The notes under the pieces: generated by a model
Databases searched by the model: none
What the model saw: only the letters and a program-made list of their open reading frames with translations
Told to the model about the DNA's origin: nothing
Program-made: the position numbers and the translations under genes
Shown here: positions 43,689 to 50,426 of the stretch, one piece after another
Layout: each line of letters starts with the position of its first letter
Numbering within the stretch: the stretch's first letter is position 1
DNA from: Candidatus Poseidoniales archaeon
GTDB lineage: Archaea; Thermoplasmatota; Poseidoniia; Poseidoniales; Poseidoniaceae
Assembly (NCBI GenBank): GCA_003602645.1
Contig: QQSI01000017.1
Span: 24,040-74,465, forward strand
Direction of reading: 5' to 3'
DNA length: 50,426 nt

Positions 43689-44990
43689 ATGGCGATGAGG
43701 GACCGCGTGATTCGTGATGAAATTCACAAAGATATCTTGGTGCCTGCCCGCCATGCAACCATCATCGACACTAAGGAATTCCAACGTCTTCGAAACATCC
43801 AGCAACTTTCAACATGTGAATATGTTTTTCCTGCTGCAAACCACAACCGCTTCGCTCATTCCCTCGGAGCCTACCATTTGGCTGGGCAACTCACTGCTTC
43901 TCTCCAAGAGGTTCAACCGGGGATTCTCAGCGATGAAGACGCAGAATTGGTTCAATTAGCAGCCCTGCTCCATGACATTGGCCACCCACCTTTCTCCCAT
44001 GTTTTGGAAACGCCGGATGTCTACGCAACATACCATTCTCACGAACATTGGGGCCGTGTGTTGTTGGAATCAAGTGACACAGAGGTCGGCGCAGCAGTTA
44101 CCAATGTGCTCGGCGAGGCTCGAACTGAACGGCTGTTCGCCCTCATGGACGGTGCATCGGAGCATGCAGGTGAAGCAATTCCCCCGTTCATGAAAGAAAT
44201 TGTATCAAGCCAACTGGACGTCGATCGGATGGATTACATGGTCCGTGATCAAGCGAACACAGGCGCGCAAATTGGTGGTTTTGACATCGCCCGAGTTCTG
44301 CGTGCTCTTCGTGTGGGCGATGACGGGCATTTCTTCGTCAAATCGTGGGGTCTTCCCGCCATTGAAGCTTATCTGGTGACGCGATACCACATGTATCACC
44401 AAGTGTACTTTCACAAGGTCAACATGTTGACCCAGAATTACCTCGTGAAGATGCTCTCGAGGGCCCGTGCATTGGCTGAACAAGGGGAACTCACTCTTTC
44501 TTTGGCCCTGCAAAAAATGCTGCTCGACAAAAACTTAGACGCCCAAGGCTATGCAAGTCTGAATGATGCACACATTCGTGTCGCCATTCCCGAATGGGCA
44601 GAACATGAAGACGAAATTCTCTCAAATTATGCCATGAAGATGATGTCGAGGCGAGGTTTTCACAAGTCCCTTCGCATTGAAGGCCTCACCACGGAAATGG
44701 TGGGTGTTGTCCGAGATCGAATCGAAGCGGAGGTGGCGGAGGCTGGTTACGATCCTGCTTCTGAGGTGATTTATGCTCGGATTTCTAAGAAAGGGTACAA
44801 GCCATACGCCCAAGGCATTCGAATTGAGGATGGCGGAGATGCTTCAGAACATTCTCCCCTCATTCGCTCGCTCACTCAACCAAATGAACGCGCCTTGATT
44901 TTCGTTCCAGAGGCAATACGGGACGGGCTTGAACAACGCGTTCGTGAATGGATCAAACCCTCCCAATCATCGCTTGTTCATTTCGAGTGA
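43689..44990 (+). CDS. HD-domain phosphohydrolase (COG1078, SAMHD1/dNTP triphosphohydrolase-like)
   Basis: RVIRDEIHKDI, RFAHSLGAYHLA, LLHDIGHPPFSH, DVDRMDYMVRD. ATG at 43689 or 43695 lies ~30 nt downstream of an A/T box. The track start 43662 sits inside that box. Confidence 0.85.
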   Translation: MAMRDRVIRDEIHKDILVPARHATIIDTKEFQRLRNIQQLSTCEYVFPAANHNRFAHSLGAYHLAGQLTASLQEVQPGILSDEDAELVQLAALLHDIGHPPFSHVLETPDVYATYHSHEHWGRVLLESSDTEVGAAVTNVLGEARTERLFALMDGASEHAGEAIPPFMKEIVSSQLDVDRMDYMVRDQANTGAQIGGFDIARVLRALRVGDDGHFFVKSWGLPAIEAYLVTRYHMYHQVYFHKVNMLTQNYLVKMLSRARALAEQGELTLSLALQKMLLDKNLDAQGYASLNDAHIRVAIPEWAEHEDEILSNYAMKMMSRRGFHKSLRIEGLTTEMVGVVRDRIEAEVAEAGYDPASEVIYARISKKGYKPYAQGIRIEDGGDASEHSPLIRSLTQPNERALIFVPEAIRDGLEQRVREWIKPSQSSLVHFE

Positions 44991-45031
44991 AGCGGATAAC
45001 TTGATGAGTTTGACCAAGTCCAGCAACACAG

Positions 45032-45105
45032 GGGCCTGTAGCTTAGTCGGTTAGAGCGCCCGGCTCATAACCGGGAGGCCAGGGGTTCAACTCCCTTCGG
45101 GCCCA
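45032..45105 (+). tRNA. tRNA with CAU anticodon (elongator Met, or Ile2 if C34 is modified)
   Basis: Acceptor GGGCCTG/CGGGCCC (one G-U pair), anticodon arm CCCGG-CTCATAA-CCGGG, T-arm AGGGG-TTCAACT-CCCTT, discriminator A. The G1-C72 pair argues against an initiator tRNA. Confidence 0.85.
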
Positions 45106-45120
45106 CCTTGAAATTGGCTG

Positions 45121-45145
45121 TTTTTATTGCCTATGCACAGTTTTT
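45121..45145 (+). terminator. Two oligo-T tracts downstream of the tRNA (candidate archaeal terminators)
   Basis: T5 at 45121-45125 and T5 at 45141-45145, 16-40 nt after the tRNA 3' end. Confidence 0.35.
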
Positions 45146-45257
45146 ATCTCGGATATTGGAGAAAAATAATTTCCCCTTTCAAGAGGATTTCTTTCCCATT
45201 TTATCACAACGGTTATGAGTGTCGCATCAGTGGCGTTGTCTGTTAGGTGAAGTTAGT

Positions 45258-46181
45258 ATGATGAAGCGTGCCGTGTTCATTCTTGCCCTTTATGTCGGTT
45301 CCTTGATGTTGGTCGCAGTACCAGCAGCAGCACAAGCCCCTACTGCGGCTATTTCATTATCCTGTGCTCCAATCTCCATTAACGTGGAAGTGAAGCCCGG
45401 TTCTACCTACTCAGGATTCACCACTTGCACTGCAAGCAACCCAACCACCTATCAAGAAAAAATCAGCATTCTGGTGACGAGCGATGGCCTTGCGACGGCA
45501 TCACCCGGTGACATGTACATCGGTGGAAATCAAGAAGTGGACTTCCAAATTTCTGTTCGGGCTACACCTTACTTGACCATGCAAAGCCGAACATTGTCCG
45601 TTTCTGCAACCGTCCAAGAAATCAACAGTTTGCCGCCGGTCAACACGGCTTCCTCGCAGAACAACATGATCGTCAACATCATGCAGTATTCTCTGGTTCA
45701 GGTGGAAGCAGTTGAGCCATTCGTTCAACTCATGCCAAAGAAGGACAAGAACTTCGAATTCAAGGTCTATAACCTCGGCAATCAAATTGACTTCATGAAG
45801 GTCGGTGTGACCGATGCGAGCCGAGATGACCTCGAACAGGCAGGATTCACCATCAACTTGCCAGCAGTGAAGGTCCAAATCGACGCCATCCCAACAGCAA
45901 CAAACGTCCGAGTGATGGCACGAACACCGAAAACACAAGGCTGGAGCGATGCTTACCACGTGCTTGACTTCTACGCTGAATCGGAATTCGCCTGCAACAA
46001 CGGCGGTTGTATCCGTGAGTCACAGATGATCACTGTCTATGTCCGTGGTGTCTATCTCCCAGGTTTCGAAGTTATTCCAGCTCTTTCCATGCTCGCTCTT
46101 GCAGCAGCAGTTGTCGGCCGCCGTATGACCGGTAGCGAAGACGAAGAAGGGGAATGGCGTGAAGCCGCTCCCGGTCTGTGA
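45258..46181 (+). CDS. Secreted two-Ig-like-domain protein with a PGF-CTERM-like anchor followed by an acidic tail
   Basis: GGTGA SD 8 nt before the ATG at 45258. Signal MMKRAVFILALYVGSLMLVAVPAAAQA. C-terminus LPGFEVIPALSMLALAAAVVGRR plus a 19-aa acidic extension. Confidence 0.75.
   Translation: MMKRAVFILALYVGSLMLVAVPAAAQAPTAAISLSCAPISINVEVKPGSTYSGFTTCTASNPTTYQEKISILVTSDGLATASPGDMYIGGNQEVDFQISVRATPYLTMQSRTLSVSATVQEINSLPPVNTASSQNNMIVNIMQYSLVQVEAVEPFVQLMPKKDKNFEFKVYNLGNQIDFMKVGVTDASRDDLEQAGFTINLPAVKVQIDAIPTATNVRVMARTPKTQGWSDAYHVLDFYAESEFACNNGGCIRESQMITVYVRGVYLPGFEVIPALSMLALAAAVVGRRMTGSEDEEGEWREAAPGL
46059..46124 (+). other. PGF-CTERM-like sorting signal (PGF, hydrophobic helix, RR)
   Basis: Encodes PGFEVIPALSMLALAAAVVGRR. 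The canonical signal would end here, but the ORF continues for another 19 codons. Confidence 0.55.
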
Positions 46182-46281
46182 CGGCTTGTTGCGATGCCCC
46201 TTGCAATAGGGTTGCACATGACCCTTACAGGGGTTGGTTTGATAATCCCCAGTGCCCAAGGTACCTCTAACAGGGATTTCT

Positions 46282-47517
46282 ATGAGTGGATTACTGGACA
46301 AAGCGACCGCCGCAAAAGAAGCAGAACCAGTCGAAGCCGTGAAGGTTGAACCGGCACCTACTCCAAAAAAATCCAACGGTGAGTCAAAGGGTTTGATGTC
46401 AGCATCTACCTCATCATCTTCTGACAGCTCTCCAATGGATTACCTTCAACAAGCAGGTTGGGGCATCATTGTTCTTGCTGGAATTCTTTCACTACGTGGT
46501 GGTGAGCTTGGATTAGTTGTCGTTTCAGTAGTCGCACTCATTGGTGTTCTATGCTTGGTTCAGTTTGAGCGAATGAAGCCTGAACTTTCCACGGTTAAGA
46601 TTGCAGTTTCTGTTGTTTTGGCTGTCATTATCGCCTTGGGCCCGTACGCAGCTCTGGCTATTATCCCTGCGGATTCATCAATGGCACTCACTCAAATTGA
46701 GGTAGATCAAGATAGCGATGAACTCACGTTTTATGTGCGTGGAAGCTTTGATTCGTCATCCGTTACAATTACCTCAGAGGGCACAGAACTTTGGACTGGA
46801 TCCGAATCATTGAGTAATGATTTTGCTAAATTCAGAGTTCCGATCAGTGAATTCTTCGAGGGTAACGCTCAGAACAACCTAGGTGAATCAATCAAGGTCT
46901 ACGAGATAAACGTAGAAGCCAACGACGGACAAACCCAAACCAGAATCATCACTCCAAGTTTCCTCAATCGGGAAGTTCTCAATTCGGGTTCAAAGATTAC
47001 AATGGTCACGAAAACAACAACCACTGGCAGTGGGAATACTGGGAGTACTACAACTGAGGTTGACGGCATTCTTGTTGAATCCATTGTCGGACTTTTCGGC
47101 GAATCGGAAACAACAGAAGATGGTGGCGAGCATAGTATGTCCACGGTGACAAATTACCTTCCAGTATTTTCTGATTACACGATACAACTCAAAGTGCTAA
47201 AAGGGAGCAGTATGAAATGGCAGTCTCCGATGATTACTGTCAACGGGGCACAGGGTACATGGTCAGGAATATCCGGATCTGAATCTGGTAGTATTGACCG
47301 CTGGATGGGTCTACCTGGCACAGGTTATGATGACGAAACAGGGGCAATTGAAATCCTGAAGCGAGACGATTTCCATGATGGTGATGGGTGCTACACCTTC
47401 CAACTGATCGTTACGAACGAATACTTCACCGGTGAATCGGCCGTTCAAACAAGCAACAGCCGATGGGACCTATCATGGGATGCCGATGAGGACAATGCCG
47501 AAATGACGACTTGCTGA
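46282..47517 (+). CDS. Hypothetical membrane protein (cytoplasmic Ser/Lys-rich N-terminus, 3 TM, extracellular beta-rich domain)
   Basis: TM segments GWGIIVLAGILSL, LGLVVVSVVALIGVLCLV and IAVSVVLAVIIALGPYAALAII. ATG at 46282 (track start 46252 is GTG). Confidence 0.65.
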   Translation: MSGLLDKATAAKEAEPVEAVKVEPAPTPKKSNGESKGLMSASTSSSSDSSPMDYLQQAGWGIIVLAGILSLRGGELGLVVVSVVALIGVLCLVQFERMKPELSTVKIAVSVVLAVIIALGPYAALAIIPADSSMALTQIEVDQDSDELTFYVRGSFDSSSVTITSEGTELWTGSESLSNDFAKFRVPISEFFEGNAQNNLGESIKVYEINVEANDGQTQTRIITPSFLNREVLNSGSKITMVTKTTTTGSGNTGSTTTEVDGILVESIVGLFGESETTEDGGEHSMSTVTNYLPVFSDYTIQLKVLKGSSMKWQSPMITVNGAQGTWSGISGSESGSIDRWMGLPGTGYDDETGAIEILKRDDFHDGDGCYTFQLIVTNEYFTGESAVQTSNSRWDLSWDADEDNAEMTTC

Positions 47518-47607
47518 ACAGTTCGTTTGTTGTACGTTTCAAACCGCTGATGTATTGTATGCGTATGGAGTGCAAGGTATGAAAGGTAAATGGGGTGACA
47601 CAGCCCC

Positions 47608-50355
47608 ATGGCAAGTCGTCGTGTTGTCTTGATGATCCTCATGGTTCTGCTCTTTTACCTTCCATTGAGCGCTGTGGGAAATGAGAGTTCACCTCCAGTT
47701 GAGCAGTTCGGTCATGCGTTTGAAGAAGTGGTGGTTGCCGATAGTTCAGATTTACTCGCAGAGCCAAGAGATTTGGAATTCCATCCTGGTACCCCCAATC
47801 AATTGTGGATTGCCAATCGAGCGACAGACAGCATCACAATTGTCGATAACACCGGCCTTGAGAATCAAACTTCTGAAAATCGACGTGACTCTCACCGAAA
47901 CCACTTCCTCGAAGAAGTCAGTGCCATCGCCTTCGGCGCCTATCATCCTGAATTTGACTGGCAATGGGGGTCTGCCCAAGAATCCGCCAACACCTACTGT
48001 GGACAGGGTTCTCCAAACAATTTCATGGGTCCTACGTTGTGGCCTTCTTCGCTGACTCATTTCGCAAGAGAACACCAAAATGACGCTCTTCTTGGCAGCC
48101 ATATTGACATGAACCATGAATCTCCATTCGGTGTTGGAATCGCTCACGATTCAGACAATGCCTACTGGTACAATGATGGCTACTATGGGGAACTTGTCTA
48201 CTACGATTTCCAAGAAGATCATGACACTGGGATGGATGACCACTCCGACGGGATCGTTCGTCGATACTCTGACGTGCAACTGTCGCATGTTCTTGGTACG
48301 CCAGGCCACATGATTCTTGATGATGATTCAGGCATCCTTTACATCGCCGATCCTGGAGCAAACCGTGTCCTCTGGGTGAACACAGATGATTCAACCTACA
48401 CCACTCAGGACATCATGAGCGATTCATCGCGATTAGAACCGCTTCAGGAATACTCACGGATTGCAGGCATCGAATGGGGTGTGTTGGACACAGGACTCAA
48501 CCGCCCCTCAGGAATTGCACTCACTGGTGACCAACTTTTTGTCTCACAAAACGGGGATGGTACCATCACAGCGTACGATCTAAGCGCTGACGGAAAGAGT
48601 GCGGTTGAGGCAGGGTCGATTCAAACGACAGCATCCTCGATCATGGGTCTGGAACTTGGCCCTAATGGACACCTGTACTATGTTGATAATGTCCAAGACG
48701 AGGTTGTACGCATCGATCCATACACCGATGGTGATGGTGATGGTGTGGTGGACGTCGATGACAATTGCCCCCTTATTGCCAATGTCGCTCAATTGAACCA
48801 CGACGGCGATTCACTCGGTGATGTGTGTGACGGTGACGACGATAACGATGGCTATCTCGATGAAAATGACGCTTGTCCTCAAGGCTTAACCAACTGGATT
48901 GCAAACAGCATGTCAGATTATGACATGGATGGCTGCCGAGATTCCACTGAGGACTTCGATGATGATGGTGATGGTGTCATCGACATCCGAGATGATTGTC
49001 CGACTGGTGACTTAGATTGGCTTTCATCATCGAGCACGGATTATGACCAAGATGGGTGTCAAGATTTGGGTGAGGACCATGACGATGATGATGATGGAAT
49101 CTGCGATGGTGAACTGAACCTCACGGGATTCTGTGTTGCATCGAGTGTAGGCACTGATGTCTGTCCAACAAGTTCCCTTTCATTCACTTCCATGCCCTCC
49201 ACTGATGCTGACCAAGATGGTTGTGAGGATCGCACTGAGGATGAAGACGATGACAACGATGCTTTGATTGACAAGTATGACGATTGCCCCGATGAGTACG
49301 GACTGAGCGACAAAGGCCGGCTGTTTGGCTGTCCCGATGCCGATGGCGATGGCTATGCCAACACCATTGATGAATTTCCATCTGAGCCAACTCAATGGTC
49401 TGACCTTGACGAGGATGGATATGGAGATGTTACGAATGGAATGAACGGGGACGCCTGTCCAGCAGCCTTTGGCACATCAACTGAAGACAGACTTGGTTGC
49501 GTTGACTCCGACAATGACGGGTGGTCGAATGCAGATTCAACATGGCTTGTAACTTCAGGTGCGGATGCTTTCCCCAATGAAGCCTCTCAACACTTGGACC
49601 AAGACGGAGACGGATATGGTGATTCGCCTCTAGGGTTCCAGCCAGATGAGTGCATCGACATGCCTGGTGCCTCATTCGAGGACCGCTTTGGCTGCATTGA
49701 CAGCGATAACGATGGCTGGTCCGATGAGGGCGATGATCTACCACTCGAACCTACGCAGCACCGCGATTTTGACGGTGATGGCTACGGCGATAACCCGCTT
49801 GGCTCTGAACCTGATGCGTGTCCAAACGTAGCTGGCGAATCGACTCAGATTCCGTTTGGTTGCTCGGACAGCGATGGCGATGGTTGGGCAGATGAGGTTG
49901 ATTTTGACGCCAATAACAATCTTGTGTGGTCTGACGTGGATGGAGATCAATATCCTGACCAGCAGGGCGCCACAAAGATGGACAGTTGCATCGAAGACCC
50001 TGGTGACTCATACCTCGATCGGTTTGGCTGCCCGGACACTGATGGCGACGGTTGGTCGGATGCCTCGGATGAATATCCAAATGATTCGACCCGCTATGCC
50101 TCATCCGCCCTGACTTCTAATCTCCTTGTGGTGGTTGGTGTTGCTCTGCTTTCTGCTCTGGTACTCGGTCTCTTATTCGTACGACGAAAGCAACAACATG
50201 ATGGCCGTTCAGGCGAAATCAATCCTCCTCTCGCGGTACCTTTCATGGAACAAGCCACACCCAGCGGTCCACCAATTCCTGACAGTGGATTGCCCGCAGG
50301 TTGGACTTCAGAACAATGGGCTTGGTACGGGGAAGACTACCTCAAAAACCAGTGA
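47608..50355 (+). CDS. Surface protein (915 aa): signal peptide, NHL-like beta-propeller, long TSP3-type Ca-binding repeat region, TM anchor, short cytoplasmic tail
   Basis: GGTGA SD ~10 nt upstream. NHL-like blades (GHMILDDDSGILYIADPGANRVLWV, NRPSGIALTGDQLFVSQNGDGTITAYD, GPNGHLYYVDNVQDEVVRID). Many DxDxDG motifs. TM LLVVVGVALLSALVLGLLFV followed by RRK. Confidence 0.88.
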   Translation: MASRRVVLMILMVLLFYLPLSAVGNESSPPVEQFGHAFEEVVVADSSDLLAEPRDLEFHPGTPNQLWIANRATDSITIVDNTGLENQTSENRRDSHRNHFLEEVSAIAFGAYHPEFDWQWGSAQESANTYCGQGSPNNFMGPTLWPSSLTHFAREHQNDALLGSHIDMNHESPFGVGIAHDSDNAYWYNDGYYGELVYYDFQEDHDTGMDDHSDGIVRRYSDVQLSHVLGTPGHMILDDDSGILYIADPGANRVLWVNTDDSTYTTQDIMSDSSRLEPLQEYSRIAGIEWGVLDTGLNRPSGIALTGDQLFVSQNGDGTITAYDLSADGKSAVEAGSIQTTASSIMGLELGPNGHLYYVDNVQDEVVRIDPYTDGDGDGVVDVDDNCPLIANVAQLNHDGDSLGDVCDGDDDNDGYLDENDACPQGLTNWIANSMSDYDMDGCRDSTEDFDDDGDGVIDIRDDCPTGDLDWLSSSSTDYDQDGCQDLGEDHDDDDDGICDGELNLTGFCVASSVGTDVCPTSSLSFTSMPSTDADQDGCEDRTEDEDDDNDALIDKYDDCPDEYGLSDKGRLFGCPDADGDGYANTIDEFPSEPTQWSDLDEDGYGDVTNGMNGDACPAAFGTSTEDRLGCVDSDNDGWSNADSTWLVTSGADAFPNEASQHLDQDGDGYGDSPLGFQPDECIDMPGASFEDRFGCIDSDNDGWSDEGDDLPLEPTQHRDFDGDGYGDNPLGSEPDACPNVAGESTQIPFGCSDSDGDGWADEVDFDANNNLVWSDVDGDQYPDQQGATKMDSCIEDPGDSYLDRFGCPDTDGDGWSDASDEYPNDSTRYASSALTSNLLVVVGVALLSALVLGLLFVRRKQQHDGRSGEINPPLAVPFMEQATPSGPPIPDSGLPAGWTSEQWAWYGEDYLKNQ
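49321..50100 (+). repeat. About 4.5 tandem diverged ~55-codon repeats (FGCxDxDGDGW...DxDGDGYGD...CP...G)
   Basis: Units begin LFGCPDADGDGY, LGCVDSDNDGW, FGCIDSDNDGW, FGCSDSDGDGW and FGCPDTDGDGW. Each unit contains two Ca-binding-like DxDxDG loops. Confidence 0.8.
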
Positions 50356-50426
50356 CGACCCGTGTGTGTTTTGGCGATGTCGTAGGTGTCTGTGAAACAG
50401 ATGTTGATAAGTCAATTTAGAATTCT

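Noticed and set aside
48720-50100. Periodic GATGG[CT]GATGG-type DNA repeats that might suggest a CRISPR array or microsatellite
   Set aside because: The repeats are in frame and encode DxDGDG Ca-binding loops. The spacing is irregular, and there are no unique spacers or cas genes.
45106-50426. Possible tRNA-integrated genomic island or mobile element downstream of tRNA(CAU)
   Set aside because: There is no integrase, recombinase or transposase gene. By eye I found no direct repeat of the tRNA 3' end. The window ends before a right boundary could be assessed.

Overview
This 50.4 kb window is densely coding (about 43 CDS and 3 tRNA genes). I found no rRNA genes, CRISPR arrays, transposases or integrases. 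All calls rest on motif reading of the supplied translations and the raw DNA; no searches were run.

The gene content looks archaeal, and I infer a planktonic euryarchaeote similar to Marine Group II. Supporting this are a DRG-type GTPase, an archaeal NMN adenylyltransferase, a split GMP synthase subunit B, an HTH-ThiN (ThiR-like) regulator and a COG2108-type radical SAM protein. A PGF-CTERM-like sorting signal and A/T boxes 26-31 nt upstream of operon-initial ATGs (leaderless mRNAs) also fit.

Gene order, left to right:
- A translationally coupled sufCBDSE plus DUF59 operon.
- DRG GTPase, then a hypothetical gene, grpE and a small Lys/Ala-rich ORF.
- nadM, a class V aminotransferase, pdxT, a radical SAM gene and tRNA-Val.
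- A thioredoxin-CcdA fusion.
- A long minus-strand run: ThiR-like regulator, ThiBPQ-like ABC importer, a helical protein, an SPFH-like protein and a PAP2_3 lipid phosphotransferase-like protein.
- mug and a metazoan-like GAD/CSAD group II decarboxylase.
- A membrane-tethered alpha/beta hydrolase.
- gcvT, an antisense GT4 glycosyltransferase, gcvPA and gcvPB.
- purE, guaA(B) and tRNA-Asn.

The most interesting region is an 11.4 kb co-directional, partly translationally coupled cluster at 32228-43613 (minus strand). It encodes:
- a membrane-anchored protein with three OB-fold-like modules;
- a TctA/DUF112-type permease;
- a 1642-aa surface protein with six lamin-tail domains, a dual-HKD phospholipase-D/nuclease domain, thrombospondin-type-3 Ca-binding repeats and a TM anchor;
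- a BI-1/YccA membrane protein;
- an IPNS-type 2OG-Fe(II) oxygenase;
- thymidine phosphorylase.
A SAMHD1-like HD phosphohydrolase is transcribed divergently from it. I propose, as inference only, that this is an extracellular nucleic-acid capture, degradation and pyrimidine-salvage system.

Downstream of tRNA-Met(CAU) lies a second three-gene surface-protein operon: a PGF-CTERM-like protein, a membrane protein and a 915-aa NHL/TSP3 protein.
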